From an uncultured Bacteroidia bacterium (lineage in GTDB: Bacteria > Bacteroidota > Bacteroidia > Bacteroidales > UBA932): a DNA stretch of 52,046 bases. The stretch's first letter is position 1. Each line of letters starts with the position of its first letter. Positions 16,895 through 27,384 of this stretch are shown here, piece after piece. Under the pieces are notes generated by a model. It was not told the DNA's origin and did no database searches. It saw only the letters and a program-made list of their open reading frames with translations. The position numbers and the translations under genes were made by a program. The stretch is from the NCBI GenBank assembly GCA_902803535.1, contig CADCQP010000087.1, positions 1-52,046 of the forward strand, read 5' to 3'.

Positions 16895-19789
16895 ATGAAA
16901 AAAATCATTCTGGCGATTGCAGTCTGTGCCGTCTCAACGGTTCTGCCCCATAGCGCCCTGGCCCAGAAGAAGGCCATGGACCATGATGTGTACGACTCCT
17001 GGCAGTCAGTTTCGGGAACGTTGATGACGCCTGACGGCAATGTCCTTGTCTATCAGGTGAATCCCCAGCAGGGGGACGGTAATCTTTTTGTCCGGAAATC
17101 CATTCCGGCCACGAGGAAGCAGAAGGCCCAGGTGCTCAGCCTTACTGTCCCTCGCGGCTATATGCCTTCCTTGGATCCGGAAGGGAAGTGGCTGTACGCC
17201 AGGATCAAGCCGGAATATGCCAAGACCAGGCAGGAGAAGATAGACAAGAAGAAAAAGGATGATATGACCAAGGATTCCCTTGCAGTGGTAGATCTGTCTT
17301 CAATGCAGGTGAAGAAGTTCCCCGGAGCCGAGTCTTTCTCGACGGGCTTCTCCTCCAGGCCATATGTCGCCTACAAGACTTCTTGGAAGGGAAAAGACGG
17401 CAAGAAAAAACTTTCAGGGATAGTTGTTTACGATCCCGGGACTGGGCAGGCTGACTCCCTTGCCGGAGTTGACAAGTTCGCTTTCAGCGTCGACGGGAAG
17501 ATGCTGGCCATGACAGCTAAGAAGGACAAGAAAGACAAGAAGGACAGTCTCAGCATTTCAGGGGTGATGATAGCCGACCTGCCTTTCGGAAAGATCGACA
17601 CCCTGTGCACCGGCGCGGAGTTCTATGGGACTCCGGTATTCAGCGACGGGGGCGGCGTTATGGCATTTACGGCGTCGAAAGACACTAATGCCACGGGCAG
17701 CAAGCGCTGCTCCATGTCCCTTGTCCGGATAGGCAAGACATATGCATCGGCCTCCGACCGCAAGAAGGACAGGCCAAGCGGGCACGAGTATTCCCTGAAG
17801 GAGATATTCCCCCAGGGACATGAGGTGGAAAAAACTGACAAGTGGACACTTACGGAGACCAGCAAGATATTCTTCTCCAAGGACGGGAAGAGGCTGTTCA
17901 CAGGGATAGCCCCCCTGACTCCTCCCAAGGACACCACGATAGTGGATTTCGAGACCGCGCAGCTGGACATATGGAACTGGGATGCTCCTTACACTCCGCC
18001 CCAGCAGCTTAAGTCCATCGAGAGGCTCCGCAACAAGACATATATGTCCGTAATAGACCTTGAAAGCCCCTCGAAAAAGCTCGTTCCGCTGACGACCTCA
18101 TTCTTCGACGAGATCCTCCTCCCGGACGGAGGTGAAAGCGATGTGGCTGTCTCTCTCGATGAAGGAAAATATGCCCGTTCCTATGTCTGGACATATGATT
18201 CATCAGTTGACGTCGACCTTGTCTCTCTCAAAGACGGTTCCCGCACTCCGGTCGCGAGGAAACTCAACGGCAGCGTCCGCGTGTCCCCTGCGGGCAAGTA
18301 CCTTTACTGGTACGACTATGACGACCTGGGATGGCACACATATGACATCGCCAGCGGGAAATCGGTGAACCTTACCGGATCGCTCGGGACCAATTTCCAT
18401 GACGAGGAAGACGACCATCCTTCGCCGGCGGATCCGTATGACCGGAACCCGAGGTGGCTTGAGGGTGACAAGTCCTTGCTGGTGTCAGACCGTTACGATG
18501 TGTGGAAACTCTCCCCGGACGGGAGCTCGGCGGTGAACCTTACTGACGGGTCAGGAAGACGGAACCATCTGGTATTCAGGACGGCTGATCCTGTCCCCTT
18601 CAGGCTGACCCAGAACCAGTCCTCCTTGCAGGTCAGGAAAGCCCTATCGGAAAAAGAGCCCCTTTGCCTGTCCGTGCGCAATGAGGATGACCAGAGGAGG
18701 GGAGTCGGGAAGATCAGCCTCTCCAGGCCCGGGACTCCGGAATATTTCCTCGATACCTTGACTTTCTACTCCGTGATCAAGGCCGAGTCTGCTCCCGTGG
18801 TTGCTTTCCAGAAGGGTAATTTCCGCAACTGTTATGACCTCTATCTCACCAGGGACTGGTTCGCATCTGAGGAAAAGGTGACGGCGGTCAATCCCCAGAA
18901 AGATGATTACCGCTGGGGGAGGGCCGAGCTTTTCCAGTGGAAGGCATATGACGGCACTCCTCTGAAAGGGCTCGTGTTCATACCTGACGGAGTCAAGGAT
19001 ACTGACAAACTGCCCGTGATGGTCTATTTCTACGAGAAATATTCCGAGGACCTCTACGCTTTCCGCACGCCTGCTCCTTCCCGTTCTACGGTCAACATAA
19101 CGTTCTATACGAGCAGGGGTTACATCTGCTTTATCCCCGACATCGTTTACAAGGTCGGCCATCCGGGGCAGAGCGCATATAACTGCATATGCTCCGGCGC
19201 AGAGGCCCTATGTGCGAAATATCCATTCGCAGATAAAAGCAAGATGGCCATCCAGGGACAGAGCTGGGGCGGATACCAGACTGCGTGGCTGGTTACCCAC
19301 ACGGACATGTTCGCTGCCGCAGGAGCCGGGGCTCCGGTGAGCAACATGACTTCTGCATATGGCGGAATCCGCTGGGAATCAGGTATTACCCGTGCCGGAC
19401 AGTACGAAAGGGGGCAGAGCCGTATCGGAAAGAGCCTCTGGGAAGAAGGCGGTCTCGACCTTTACATCGAGAATTCACCGGCTTTCTTCGCCGACAAGGT
19501 GAACACTCCGCTGCTGATAATGCACAATGATGCGGACGGGGCGGTCCCCTGGTACCAGGGAATAGAGTATTTCTCAGACCTCAGGCGCCTGGACAAGAGG
19601 GTCTGGATGCTCCAGTACAACAATGAAGCCCACAACCTTATAGAAAGGAAGAACTGCCTCGACCTGTCGCGCAGGCTTCAGCAGTTCTTCGATCACTATC
19701 TCAAGGGAGAGCCGATGCCGGCATGGATGAAGTACGGCGTCCCCGCTACGCGCAAGGGCGAGTACTTCGGATTCGAACCGGCGGAATAA
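16895..19789 (+). CDS. S9-family (prolyl oligopeptidase-like) serine peptidase, secreted
   Basis: Signal peptide MKKIILAIAV, beta-propeller N-terminus, and catalytic motifs GQSWGG (Ser), HNDADGAV (Asp) and EAH (His). Confidence 0.93.
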   Translation: MKKIILAIAVCAVSTVLPHSALAQKKAMDHDVYDSWQSVSGTLMTPDGNVLVYQVNPQQGDGNLFVRKSIPATRKQKAQVLSLTVPRGYMPSLDPEGKWLYARIKPEYAKTRQEKIDKKKKDDMTKDSLAVVDLSSMQVKKFPGAESFSTGFSSRPYVAYKTSWKGKDGKKKLSGIVVYDPGTGQADSLAGVDKFAFSVDGKMLAMTAKKDKKDKKDSLSISGVMIADLPFGKIDTLCTGAEFYGTPVFSDGGGVMAFTASKDTNATGSKRCSMSLVRIGKTYASASDRKKDRPSGHEYSLKEIFPQGHEVEKTDKWTLTETSKIFFSKDGKRLFTGIAPLTPPKDTTIVDFETAQLDIWNWDAPYTPPQQLKSIERLRNKTYMSVIDLESPSKKLVPLTTSFFDEILLPDGGESDVAVSLDEGKYARSYVWTYDSSVDVDLVSLKDGSRTPVARKLNGSVRVSPAGKYLYWYDYDDLGWHTYDIASGKSVNLTGSLGTNFHDEEDDHPSPADPYDRNPRWLEGDKSLLVSDRYDVWKLSPDGSSAVNLTDGSGRRNHLVFRTADPVPFRLTQNQSSLQVRKALSEKEPLCLSVRNEDDQRRGVGKISLSRPGTPEYFLDTLTFYSVIKAESAPVVAFQKGNFRNCYDLYLTRDWFASEEKVTAVNPQKDDYRWGRAELFQWKAYDGTPLKGLVFIPDGVKDTDKLPVMVYFYEKYSEDLYAFRTPAPSRSTVNITFYTSRGYICFIPDIVYKVGHPGQSAYNCICSGAEALCAKYPFADKSKMAIQGQSWGGYQTAWLVTHTDMFAAAGAGAPVSNMTSAYGGIRWESGITRAGQYERGQSRIGKSLWEEGGLDLYIENSPAFFADKVNTPLLIMHNDADGAVPWYQGIEYFSDLRRLDKRVWMLQYNNEAHNLIERKNCLDLSRRLQQFFDHYLKGEPMPAWMKYGVPATRKGEYFGFEPAE

Positions 19790-19792
19790 TAA

Positions 19793-20716
19793 TTACGCAG
19801 TCGGGAACTTGAACAAGACCTCGAGGCCGTCATATGCGGCCTTGAGGCATTTTGGCAGTTTGGCATCCAGCTCCGCCTGGGTACCGTGGAGGGTCCTGGC
19901 CATATGCGTAAGATAGACGGGCTGGTCTTTATCGACCGGAGTGTATCTCTTGGTCTTGGTCAAGACTGTAGCAGTGCGCTCGACAAGTCCTACGCTCGAG
20001 TGGGTGAATATCCTGAAATCTACATCGTGGTCCATTCCCATGGTGGCTTCCATGATCAGGCCGGTTATGGGATTGCCGGGCTTTACATGTGCGTCAATGC
20101 CGATAATCCTAGCTGCGAGTGAGGGAATGCCGCCCGTATCAGTCGCGTAAACCACCCTTGCACCATTCTTTTCAAGGAGGTACAGCTGGGCCTGTTCGAA
20201 AGTGTGTGCAGTCCCGTGGTTGGCAGGAAGGGCTGTCACTTTTATCCCGTTGACATTGATGGTAGTTCCTATGTTGACAGGAGTGACGGTTGGAGCAGGT
20301 TTGCCCAGCTCCTTTGCAGCAGTTTCAAATTCCTTTATGGCTGCATCGTACCAGGTCTGATTCAGATAGACCTGCTTGATTCCCAGCCCGATCGCTGCGC
20401 CGGCGTTAAAGTGGTCAGCATGCGAGTGCGTGTAGAAAATGGTGGTAGGGTGGACGCCGGCTGGAAGCATGTCGGCGTCGGTTGGTGTGAAGTCAATGAG
20501 GAAATCATTGTCTACCAGCACGCTGCTAAGCCTGCGAAGTTCTCCTCTGTCATCCCGTCCCTTCCAGTCCGCAGCTCCTGTACCGAGGAAGCGGATGAGT
20601 ATACCTTCTGCTTTCTTTGAGGTGGTTCCTGATGGAATGGCAGCTGCTTTGAATTTAGAGCAGGCCGTTGCCGCCACAGTAGCTGCAGTGGCTTCTAAGA
20701 ATTGCCTTCTGTTCAT
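19793..20716 (-). CDS. Metallo-beta-lactamase-fold hydrolase (PhnP-like) with Tat/lipoprotein signal
   Basis: MNRRQFLE..ATAC signal. Motifs FLGTGAAD, THSHADH, PANH, YATDT and LTHM. Confidence 0.85.
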   Translation of the reverse strand: MNRRQFLEATAATVAATACSKFKAAAIPSGTTSKKAEGILIRFLGTGAADWKGRDDRGELRRLSSVLVDNDFLIDFTPTDADMLPAGVHPTTIFYTHSHADHFNAGAAIGLGIKQVYLNQTWYDAAIKEFETAAKELGKPAPTVTPVNIGTTINVNGIKVTALPANHGTAHTFEQAQLYLLEKNGARVVYATDTGGIPSLAARIIGIDAHVKPGNPITGLIMEATMGMDHDVDFRIFTHSSVGLVERTATVLTKTKRYTPVDKDQPVYLTHMARTLHGTQAELDAKLPKCLKAAYDGLEVLFKFPTA

Positions 20717-20717
20717 C

Positions 20718-21401
20718 TTATGTGGTTTTGTTTATTTTCAGTATGCGGTCGGCAAGCGGGGTGGTGACTTTCATGCACAATCCCGTGAAGACCATCAGGA
20801 TCAATGTTCCGATGCCGATTACGGTTATCCCCTCCGGCCCTTGCGGGCGTCCGAACTGTATCATCGAAAACAGGGCTGTGAAACCGACCAGGAAAAAGTC
20901 CAGGCCGATCTTGGTGTTGCTGAATTTCCACCCGAATGTGTCGCTCAGTGCAGAGATGGTCTGGTCTCCGGGGAGCATCCAGGCTTTCCCAACCACTTCC
21001 AGGGATATCCCGGCAGCCGTAAAGATTACGGCCAGCAGGCACAGTACGATCCTCGATACGTATCCTGTCGCGACTATCGGGCTGCAGATCCAGATAGCCA
21101 TGTCAATGAAGAAACTGAAAATGAAGATTGCCGGGATCTGCATCAGGAGAGCCGGCTTGAATTTCTTCCTGAGTATCAGCAGCTGGGCCACAATGAAAGC
21201 CATGTTTTCAAGGGCGGTGAATTCTCCGACCGTCCATGACGTGTCCCACAGGTGAAGGATGTAAGGTGGGCAGGGGTAGGGCGCGGTGCCCAGGTCGGAT
21301 TTGATGGAGAAGGCGGGCCCGAATGCAGCCAATGCCATTCCCAGTGTGGCTACAAGGTAGCGTACTGCGTATTCTTTCGTACTTCTTTTCTCTGATGTCA
21401 T
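20718..21401 (-). CDS. YczE/YyaS/YitT-like (DUF6198) membrane protein
   Basis: Two internal repeats: SDLGTAP..WTVG and KIGLD..IGIGTLI. Hydrophobic throughout. Confidence 0.8.
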   Translation of the reverse strand: MTSEKRSTKEYAVRYLVATLGMALAAFGPAFSIKSDLGTAPYPCPPYILHLWDTSWTVGEFTALENMAFIVAQLLILRKKFKPALLMQIPAIFIFSFFIDMAIWICSPIVATGYVSRIVLCLLAVIFTAAGISLEVVGKAWMLPGDQTISALSDTFGWKFSNTKIGLDFFLVGFTALFSMIQFGRPQGPEGITVIGIGTLILMVFTGLCMKVTTPLADRILKINKTT

Positions 21402-21464
21402 GTTGCAAAAATGCTGATTATTTCTTAAATTAGCAACGAATATGCTTTAATCCCAGACTGTATT

Positions 21465-21989
21465 ATGAGAAAATATCTTCTTGTCGTTGCAGCGGCTTTC
21501 CTGGCTCTTGCGGCTTCCTTGATTTCCGGGCCCGTTGCGGGTGCCCAGACCAGCAGCGAGGGGGTGATCACCCTGCTGCCGATGGACAGCGTCCCCTCCG
21601 GGACCGTAATTTTTGTCGATGGCAAGAAAGTCGGTATGGACGCTCTTAAGGCTTTGTTCAACGCTCCGCTCAGAATGGTTACTGTGGGTAAGTATTCGGC
21701 CGGGGATGCCACCCTTACAGTGTACACCCAGTCCTATTCCGGAAAGGTCAAGGTCCGGAAGTCAAAGTATTCCTTCTCCGGTGACCAGCTCGGACTCAGT
21801 CAGCTGCGCGTGGGCATCGCAGGCGACAGGGTCTCATATGTGGTTGACGGTAAGTTCGTTGAAGCAGGGCAGCCCATTTCGAACCTGAAAATGATCTATG
21901 GCATCTCCTGGATGAAGGGAGCAGATGCGGCCAAGAAGTACGGTGCGTCCTATCCGGGAGGGATCGTAATCGAATACCAATCGAAATAA
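21465..21989 (+). CDS. Secreted hypothetical protein with two TonB-receptor-plug-like repeats
   Basis: Signal peptide, then VIFVDGKKV.. and YVVDGK..ISWMKGADAAKKYG..GGIVIE. The second resembles the SusC plug motif. Confidence 0.55.
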   Translation: MRKYLLVVAAAFLALAASLISGPVAGAQTSSEGVITLLPMDSVPSGTVIFVDGKKVGMDALKALFNAPLRMVTVGKYSAGDATLTVYTQSYSGKVKVRKSKYSFSGDQLGLSQLRVGIAGDRVSYVVDGKFVEAGQPISNLKMIYGISWMKGADAAKKYGASYPGGIVIEYQSK

Positions 21990-22009
21990 CATAATTAAAA
22001 CACTGAATC

Positions 22010-23359
22010 ATGGAAAGACGTGAATTCCTTAAAACCGCCGGTATGTCCACGGCCGGCATCCTTATCGGAGGCCTGGGCATGAGTGCGTCCAGCTATGCCA
22101 GGATCATCGGCTCGAATGATCGCGTTAATGTTGCTGTCGTGGGTTATTCCGACAGGTTCAGGAGCTCACTGCTCCCTGCTTTCCTCCAGAACTGCAAGGG
22201 ACAGAATTTCGACATCATAGGCGTCTCAGACCTGTGGAGCCTTCGCCGGGAGCAGGCCAAGGCCAATCTCGAAGAAAAGTTCGGACATGCAATCCGTACA
22301 TATGTCAACAATGAGAAGATGTACCGCGACAAGGATATCGACGCGGTCATCATTTCGACGGCGGACTTCCAGCATGCCCTCCATGCTGCAGAGGCAGCCG
22401 AGAACAAGAAGGATGCATATGTGGAGAAGCCATTCGCCGAGACCATGGCTGACGCCAGGGTAGCCCGCGCGGCCATCGAAAAGGCCGGGACCATCGTGCA
22501 GATCGGCTCCCAGCGCAGGAGCGCCCCCAACTACCATGCAGCCAACGATTATCTCCGTTCCGGAAAGTTCGGGGACATAGTTATGGTGGAGATGACGTGG
22601 AACGTCAACCAGCCTGCAAGGTGGCGCCGTTTCAAGACCGTTCCCCTTCTCAAGGAGGAAGATACCGACTGGAAGCGCTTCCTGATGAACCGTCCGTATC
22701 AGGCATTCGATCCGAGGAAATACTTGGAATTCCGCCTGTTCTGGCCGTTCTCATCCGGTATCCCCGGACAGTGGATGGCCCATCAGATCGACACGGTCCA
22801 CTGGTTCACCGGCTACAATTATCCGCGCAGCGTGGCTGCCAACGGAGGCATCTACCTTTGGAAGGACGGACGTACCAATTATGACACAATGACCGCAGTG
22901 CTTGACTACGGCCCGGCCGACAATCCTGAGAAGGGATTCCAGGTGATCTATTCCTCCCGTTTCACCAACAGTGCGGGCGGCACGAAGGAGATCTACTATT
23001 CCAACGGCGGCGAGCTGAATCTCGATACCAACATGGTCACCCCGAACGGCGGACTTACCGCACGCAATGCGGCTGATGCAGGAATGAAGGAGAACAGGCT
23101 TGAGTCCTTCTCCCTTTCCGAGGCCGCGAAGATTTCGACAGACGCCAACACCGGCGGCGACCCGATGACTACGGCGCATATGCTCAACTGGATGGAGTGC
23201 GTCCGCAGCCGCAAGCAGCCGAATGCCAACTATATGGCCGGTTACAACCATTCCATTGCATGCATCATGGTCACTGCGGCTCTCCGTACCCATGAGTACA
23301 CAGTCTTCGATCCTGCTACCCAGGAAGTCATGGCCGGAGGAAAGGTATTCCAATACTGA
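22010..23359 (+). CDS. Gfo/Idh/MocA-family oxidoreductase, Tat-exported
   Basis: MERREFLK Tat signal. Motifs [41 protein letters not shown] and WMAHQID. Confidence 0.92.
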   Translation: MERREFLKTAGMSTAGILIGGLGMSASSYARIIGSNDRVNVAVVGYSDRFRSSLLPAFLQNCKGQNFDIIGVSDLWSLRREQAKANLEEKFGHAIRTYVNNEKMYRDKDIDAVIISTADFQHALHAAEAAENKKDAYVEKPFAETMADARVARAAIEKAGTIVQIGSQRRSAPNYHAANDYLRSGKFGDIVMVEMTWNVNQPARWRRFKTVPLLKEEDTDWKRFLMNRPYQAFDPRKYLEFRLFWPFSSGIPGQWMAHQIDTVHWFTGYNYPRSVAANGGIYLWKDGRTNYDTMTAVLDYGPADNPEKGFQVIYSSRFTNSAGGTKEIYYSNGGELNLDTNMVTPNGGLTARNAADAGMKENRLESFSLSEAAKISTDANTGGDPMTTAHMLNWMECVRSRKQPNANYMAGYNHSIACIMVTAALRTHEYTVFDPATQEVMAGGKVFQY

Positions 23360-24396
23360 TGCATATGAAAAGATTGATTTCAGCCCTTGCACTGTTTTCC
23401 CTCCTGTGCGGATGCGGCGCAAAAGATGTGGGGGTGTCCTTCGTCCAGGATCCCGCAGGGCGCAAGATAGATGTCATCGTAGGTGGCAGCCTGTTCACTT
23501 CTCTGATCTACCCTGAAGATGTGGCGAAGCCTGTCCTGTGGCCCGTCATGTCGGCTTCAGGAAAAGTGATAACCCGTGGCTATCCGCGTGCGCCACGTGC
23601 TTTCGAAAGCACGGACCATCCGCATCAGATAGGCATATGGTTCAATTTCGGAGACGTCAACGGACTTGATTTCTGGAACAATTCGTTCGCCATTCCGGCC
23701 GAGAAGAAGGATTCCTATGGCTCCATAGTATTTGACAAGGTCCTTTCAGCTAAAGGCAATACCCTGGTTACAAGCTCCAACTGGGTGGATAACAGTGGTA
23801 ATGTCCTTATGACGGAAGAGACTACGTTCATATTCGGAGGAACTGAGAATGAGAGGACCGTGGTGCGCAGTGCCAAACTGACCGCCGTGAAGGACGTGAA
23901 GTTCACCGAGAACAAAGAGGGCATGCTGGGCCTTAGGGTTGACCGCTCTTTCGAGAAGCCCAACAACAAGCCCCAGGCGTACACGGATGCGAACGGCATA
24001 GTGACAGAGGTCAAGACCGTCAACAATGAAGGGGTAAACGGTTCATATGTCAACAGCCTTGGCGACAAAGGAGACGATGTCTGGTCAAAAAGGGCTGAGT
24101 GGACGATGCTTAACGGCACCAAGGAAGGAGACGACATCTCCATCCTGATAATCGATTCCAAGAAGAATCCCAACTATCCTGGCTGGTCACATGCCAGGGG
24201 ATACGGGTTGTTTGCCCTCAACAGCATGGGCGGCAGGGCATTTGAGCCGGGCCTGCCTCAGGCCGTCACATATGACCTCAAAGCGGGGCAGAACGTTACG
24301 TTCAGTTACAAGATAGTTATAAAGGATGGAGGGTTCCTTACTCCCGAGGAAGCCTCCGGATATGCGCGGGAGTTCAATGGGAAAGGCGGAAAGTAA
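23359..24396 (+). CDS. DUF6807/PmoA-family lipoprotein
   Basis: Lipobox LCGC. Motifs [31 protein letters not shown] and HARGYGLFA. The start could instead be 23365. Confidence 0.8.
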   Translation: MHMKRLISALALFSLLCGCGAKDVGVSFVQDPAGRKIDVIVGGSLFTSLIYPEDVAKPVLWPVMSASGKVITRGYPRAPRAFESTDHPHQIGIWFNFGDVNGLDFWNNSFAIPAEKKDSYGSIVFDKVLSAKGNTLVTSSNWVDNSGNVLMTEETTFIFGGTENERTVVRSAKLTAVKDVKFTENKEGMLGLRVDRSFEKPNNKPQAYTDANGIVTEVKTVNNEGVNGSYVNSLGDKGDDVWSKRAEWTMLNGTKEGDDISILIIDSKKNPNYPGWSHARGYGLFALNSMGGRAFEPGLPQAVTYDLKAGQNVTFSYKIVIKDGGFLTPEEASGYAREFNGKGGK

Positions 24397-25297
24397 CAAG
24401 GCACTGTTCATAGTCAACCCCATTTCGGGGAGCGGAAAGAAAAAGAAGGCGGTCGAGGCGATTGAGAAATGCTACCGCGGCCCGTATGAAATCGTCTATA
24501 CAAAATACCCAGGACATGCCGAGGAGCTATCGCGTGAGAGCGACAGTTCCCTGGTAGTCGCTGTCGGCGGTGACGGGACTGTAAGCGAGGTCGCCAGGGG
24601 AATAGTGGCAGGAGGGGATCCTTCCAAGACTCTCGGGATAATCCCATGCGGGAGCGGCGACGGCCTGGCCCTTCACCTGGGGCTGAGCCGTGATCCGGTC
24701 AAGGCGGTAGGATGTCTCAACGGTTACGGGACTGTCATGATGGATTATGCGACGATCAGGGATGACACCCCTGACCGTCCGGAAGGCGCATTCTTCTGTA
24801 CTGCAGGGGTGGGATTCGATGCCGACGTTGCCGAGGCATTTGCCGCTTCCGGGCATCGTCGCCTCTGGAATTACATCGCCTGTGCACTGCGCCTATGGTG
24901 GAAGTTCAAGCCCGGAGACTACAGGGTGGTGGTTGATGGCAAGGAGATTGCCGGGAAGGCTTCAATGATTACGGTCGGGAATGCCAGCCAGTGGGGCAAC
25001 GGGGCTATGATCGCCCCGCTCGCATCTGTGACCGATGGGGTGCTCGATGTCAGTTTTTCATTGCCTTTCAGTACCTTCCGTATCCCGGCCCTGGCTGTCA
25101 TGCTCCTTACGGGACGTCTGTACAAGGCGAAGGAGTTGAAGATCCTGAAAGGAAAGGAAGTAAGTATTTATCGAACGAAAAGGGGGGCTGCCCATTATGA
25201 TGGAGATCCCTGCGTAATGGGTGAGAGGATAGACATCAGGATCTGTCCGGCCGCACTCAGGGTAGCCGTACCTCAAAAGAAGGTTGAAAGCATATGA
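24377..25297 (+). CDS. Diacylglycerol/lipid kinase (YegS/DgkB/BmrU family)
   Basis: Motifs [39 protein letters not shown] and YDGD. Confidence 0.9.
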   Translation: MGKAESNKALFIVNPISGSGKKKKAVEAIEKCYRGPYEIVYTKYPGHAEELSRESDSSLVVAVGGDGTVSEVARGIVAGGDPSKTLGIIPCGSGDGLALHLGLSRDPVKAVGCLNGYGTVMMDYATIRDDTPDRPEGAFFCTAGVGFDADVAEAFAASGHRRLWNYIACALRLWWKFKPGDYRVVVDGKEIAGKASMITVGNASQWGNGAMIAPLASVTDGVLDVSFSLPFSTFRIPALAVMLLTGRLYKAKELKILKGKEVSIYRTKRGAAHYDGDPCVMGERIDIRICPAALRVAVPQKKVESI

Positions 25298-27351
25298 TTG
25301 GCAGAAAGAAGATTGAGGATTGGTTTTCGTATTTTGGTCCGAGGCTCGTCGTGGCAGCGGCAGTGGCGGGTTTCATCACCAGGATCGTGCTGATATGCAA
25401 TCCTGTGACCGTCGTGGATTTTTCCTTGTGGGAATGGTGCAGGATTTTCCTCCTGGGACTCCTTAATGACATCGCATTCGCAGGAATCGCTCTCGTTCCG
25501 GCTTTCGTCGTTTACACCACGTTGAACAAGTGGAAATACGGCTCTCCCGCCGGGTGGATCATATGGGGCATCCTGCTTGCCGCGATGCTTTATTTCCTGC
25601 TGTTCAATGACATAAGTGACGAATACGGTGGAGTGGTTCCCGGTATCGTCAATGGAATCATGATTGCCTTTTTCGTCCTGTTCAGCATACGCTGGTTCGT
25701 CCCGTCCGTGCGGGACGGAAGCCGCAGGGCGACGGTGTACATCACCGGCTTCATATATGCCTTCCTCATCGTTGCCAATATATTCTCCGAGAAGACTTTC
25801 TGGGATGAATTCGGAGTCCGTTACAACTTCATCGCCGTCGATTACCTCGTCTACACCAATGAGGTTGTTGGCAACATCTTCGAATCCTACAATATGCCCC
25901 TGCTTATCGGCGGGGCCCTGCTGGCAGGTGCGGGTGCCTATTACCTGATGACCATCGACGGGGACGTCAGGGATTCCGGTGTGGGGACCCTGAAGCAATG
26001 GGGCGTGAATCTGGCCATCGTGGCCATCTTTGCCGTCGGTGGTGCGCTCTGGCTCCATTACGGCTACAGGAACTTCGTGGATGACAAGGCGTTCGTTACG
26101 GAACTCCAGGGAAACGGCTGCTGGAACTTCCTCGAAGCTTACAACAGCAATGAGCTCTCTTACGATGACTTTTATGCCAAGATTCCCGATGACGTTGCGC
26201 GTTCTACCCAGAGGCAGCTTTGCGGCCAGGACGCGAACGGGGTGAGGAATGTGGTCAGCGACAAGGCTCCCCAGCTGAAAAACATAGTGCTCATCACTAT
26301 GGAAAGCCTGAGCGCAGAATTCATGGAGAGGTACGGCAGTACTTCCAATATTACCCCGAACCTTGATACCCTGGCGCGCCATTCACTCGTATTCGACAAT
26401 CTTTATGCTGCCGGCAACCGTACGGTCCGCGGGCTTGAAGCGGTTACCCTGTGCATCCCTCCGGGAGCAGGGGAGAGCATCGTGAAGAGGCCTGAGTGCG
26501 GAGGACGGTTCAGCACCGCGGAGGTCCTCCAGTCATATGGCTACAAGACGCGGTACCTCTATGGCGGGGACAGCTATTTCGACAACATGGAGAATTTCTT
26601 CAGCGCCTACGGCTACGAGGTGACCGACAGGAAGAGCTATGCTCCGGGGGAGATCACGTTCGCTAACATCTGGGGTACATGTGATGAAGACAGCTACAAG
26701 GTGGCGCTCCGTCTTTGCGATTCCGATGCCAGCTCAGGAAAGCCGTTCTTTACCCACATCATGACCATAAGCAACCATAGGCCATATACTTATCCTGAAG
26801 GCAAGATTACATATGAGGGGAACCCCATGTCGCGCAGGGCTGCGGTGAAATACACTGATTTCGCCCTTGGACAGTTCATCGCGGAGGCTTCTTCCAGGCC
26901 ATGGTTCAAGGAGACCGTTTTCGTCATCCTGGCCGATCACTGCGCCTCCAGTGCAGGCAAGACCAACATTCCGGTGGACAGGTACCACATCCCGGCAATG
27001 ATCTATTCGCCAGGCTTCATAGAGCCCATGGCTGTGGAAAAGCTCTGTTCCCAGATAGACCTGATGCCGACCCTTTTCTCCCTGCTCGGGTTCAGTTACC
27101 AGTCCCGCTTCTACGGACGCGATATCCTTGCCGACGACTTCAGGGAGCGTGCATTCATGGCTACCTACCAGAATCTAGGTTATTATGCTGACGGTATCCT
27201 GACAGTGCTGTCCCCGGTCAGGAGGATCGAGCAGTTTGCAGTTGAACCAGATTCACGCTGGACTCACAGTGAGACGCTTATGGAGACTCTTGACGAACAG
27301 ACCCTCCTGGAGGCTCAAAGCTGCTATCAGTCAGCGGCTTTGAATAATTGA
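25294..27351 (+). CDS. LTA-synthase/OpgB-like membrane phosphoglycerol transferase (alkaline phosphatase/sulfatase superfamily)
   Basis: Multiple N-terminal TM helices. Motifs NIVLITMESLS, TPNLD, RTVRG (catalytic Thr), SNHRPY, LADH and SQIDLMPT. Confidence 0.88.
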   Translation: MIGRKKIEDWFSYFGPRLVVAAAVAGFITRIVLICNPVTVVDFSLWEWCRIFLLGLLNDIAFAGIALVPAFVVYTTLNKWKYGSPAGWIIWGILLAAMLYFLLFNDISDEYGGVVPGIVNGIMIAFFVLFSIRWFVPSVRDGSRRATVYITGFIYAFLIVANIFSEKTFWDEFGVRYNFIAVDYLVYTNEVVGNIFESYNMPLLIGGALLAGAGAYYLMTIDGDVRDSGVGTLKQWGVNLAIVAIFAVGGALWLHYGYRNFVDDKAFVTELQGNGCWNFLEAYNSNELSYDDFYAKIPDDVARSTQRQLCGQDANGVRNVVSDKAPQLKNIVLITMESLSAEFMERYGSTSNITPNLDTLARHSLVFDNLYAAGNRTVRGLEAVTLCIPPGAGESIVKRPECGGRFSTAEVLQSYGYKTRYLYGGDSYFDNMENFFSAYGYEVTDRKSYAPGEITFANIWGTCDEDSYKVALRLCDSDASSGKPFFTHIMTISNHRPYTYPEGKITYEGNPMSRRAAVKYTDFALGQFIAEASSRPWFKETVFVILADHCASSAGKTNIPVDRYHIPAMIYSPGFIEPMAVEKLCSQIDLMPTLFSLLGFSYQSRFYGRDILADDFRERAFMATYQNLGYYADGILTVLSPVRRIEQFAVEPDSRWTHSETLMETLDEQTLLEAQSCYQSAALNN

Positions 27352-27361
27352 AAAATAGGGC

Positions 27362-27369
27362 TATCTTTG
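27362..27369 (+). promoter_or_regulatory. Putative -7 promoter element of the Hdr-like operon
   Basis: TATCTTTG, 15 bp upstream of the ATG at 27385. Confidence 0.6.
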
Positions 27370-27384
27370 TGTGGAGATACGTGT

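Noticed and set aside
17518-17546. AAGAAGGACAAGAAAGACAAGAAGGAC repeat
   Set aside because: It simply encodes a low-complexity KKDKKDKKD loop in the S9 peptidase.
20439-21239. 266-aa plus-strand ORF
   Set aside because: It is antisense to the MBL and YczE-like genes and has no motifs.
25273-26382. 369-aa minus-strand ORF
   Set aside because: Antisense shadow of the LtaS-like gene.
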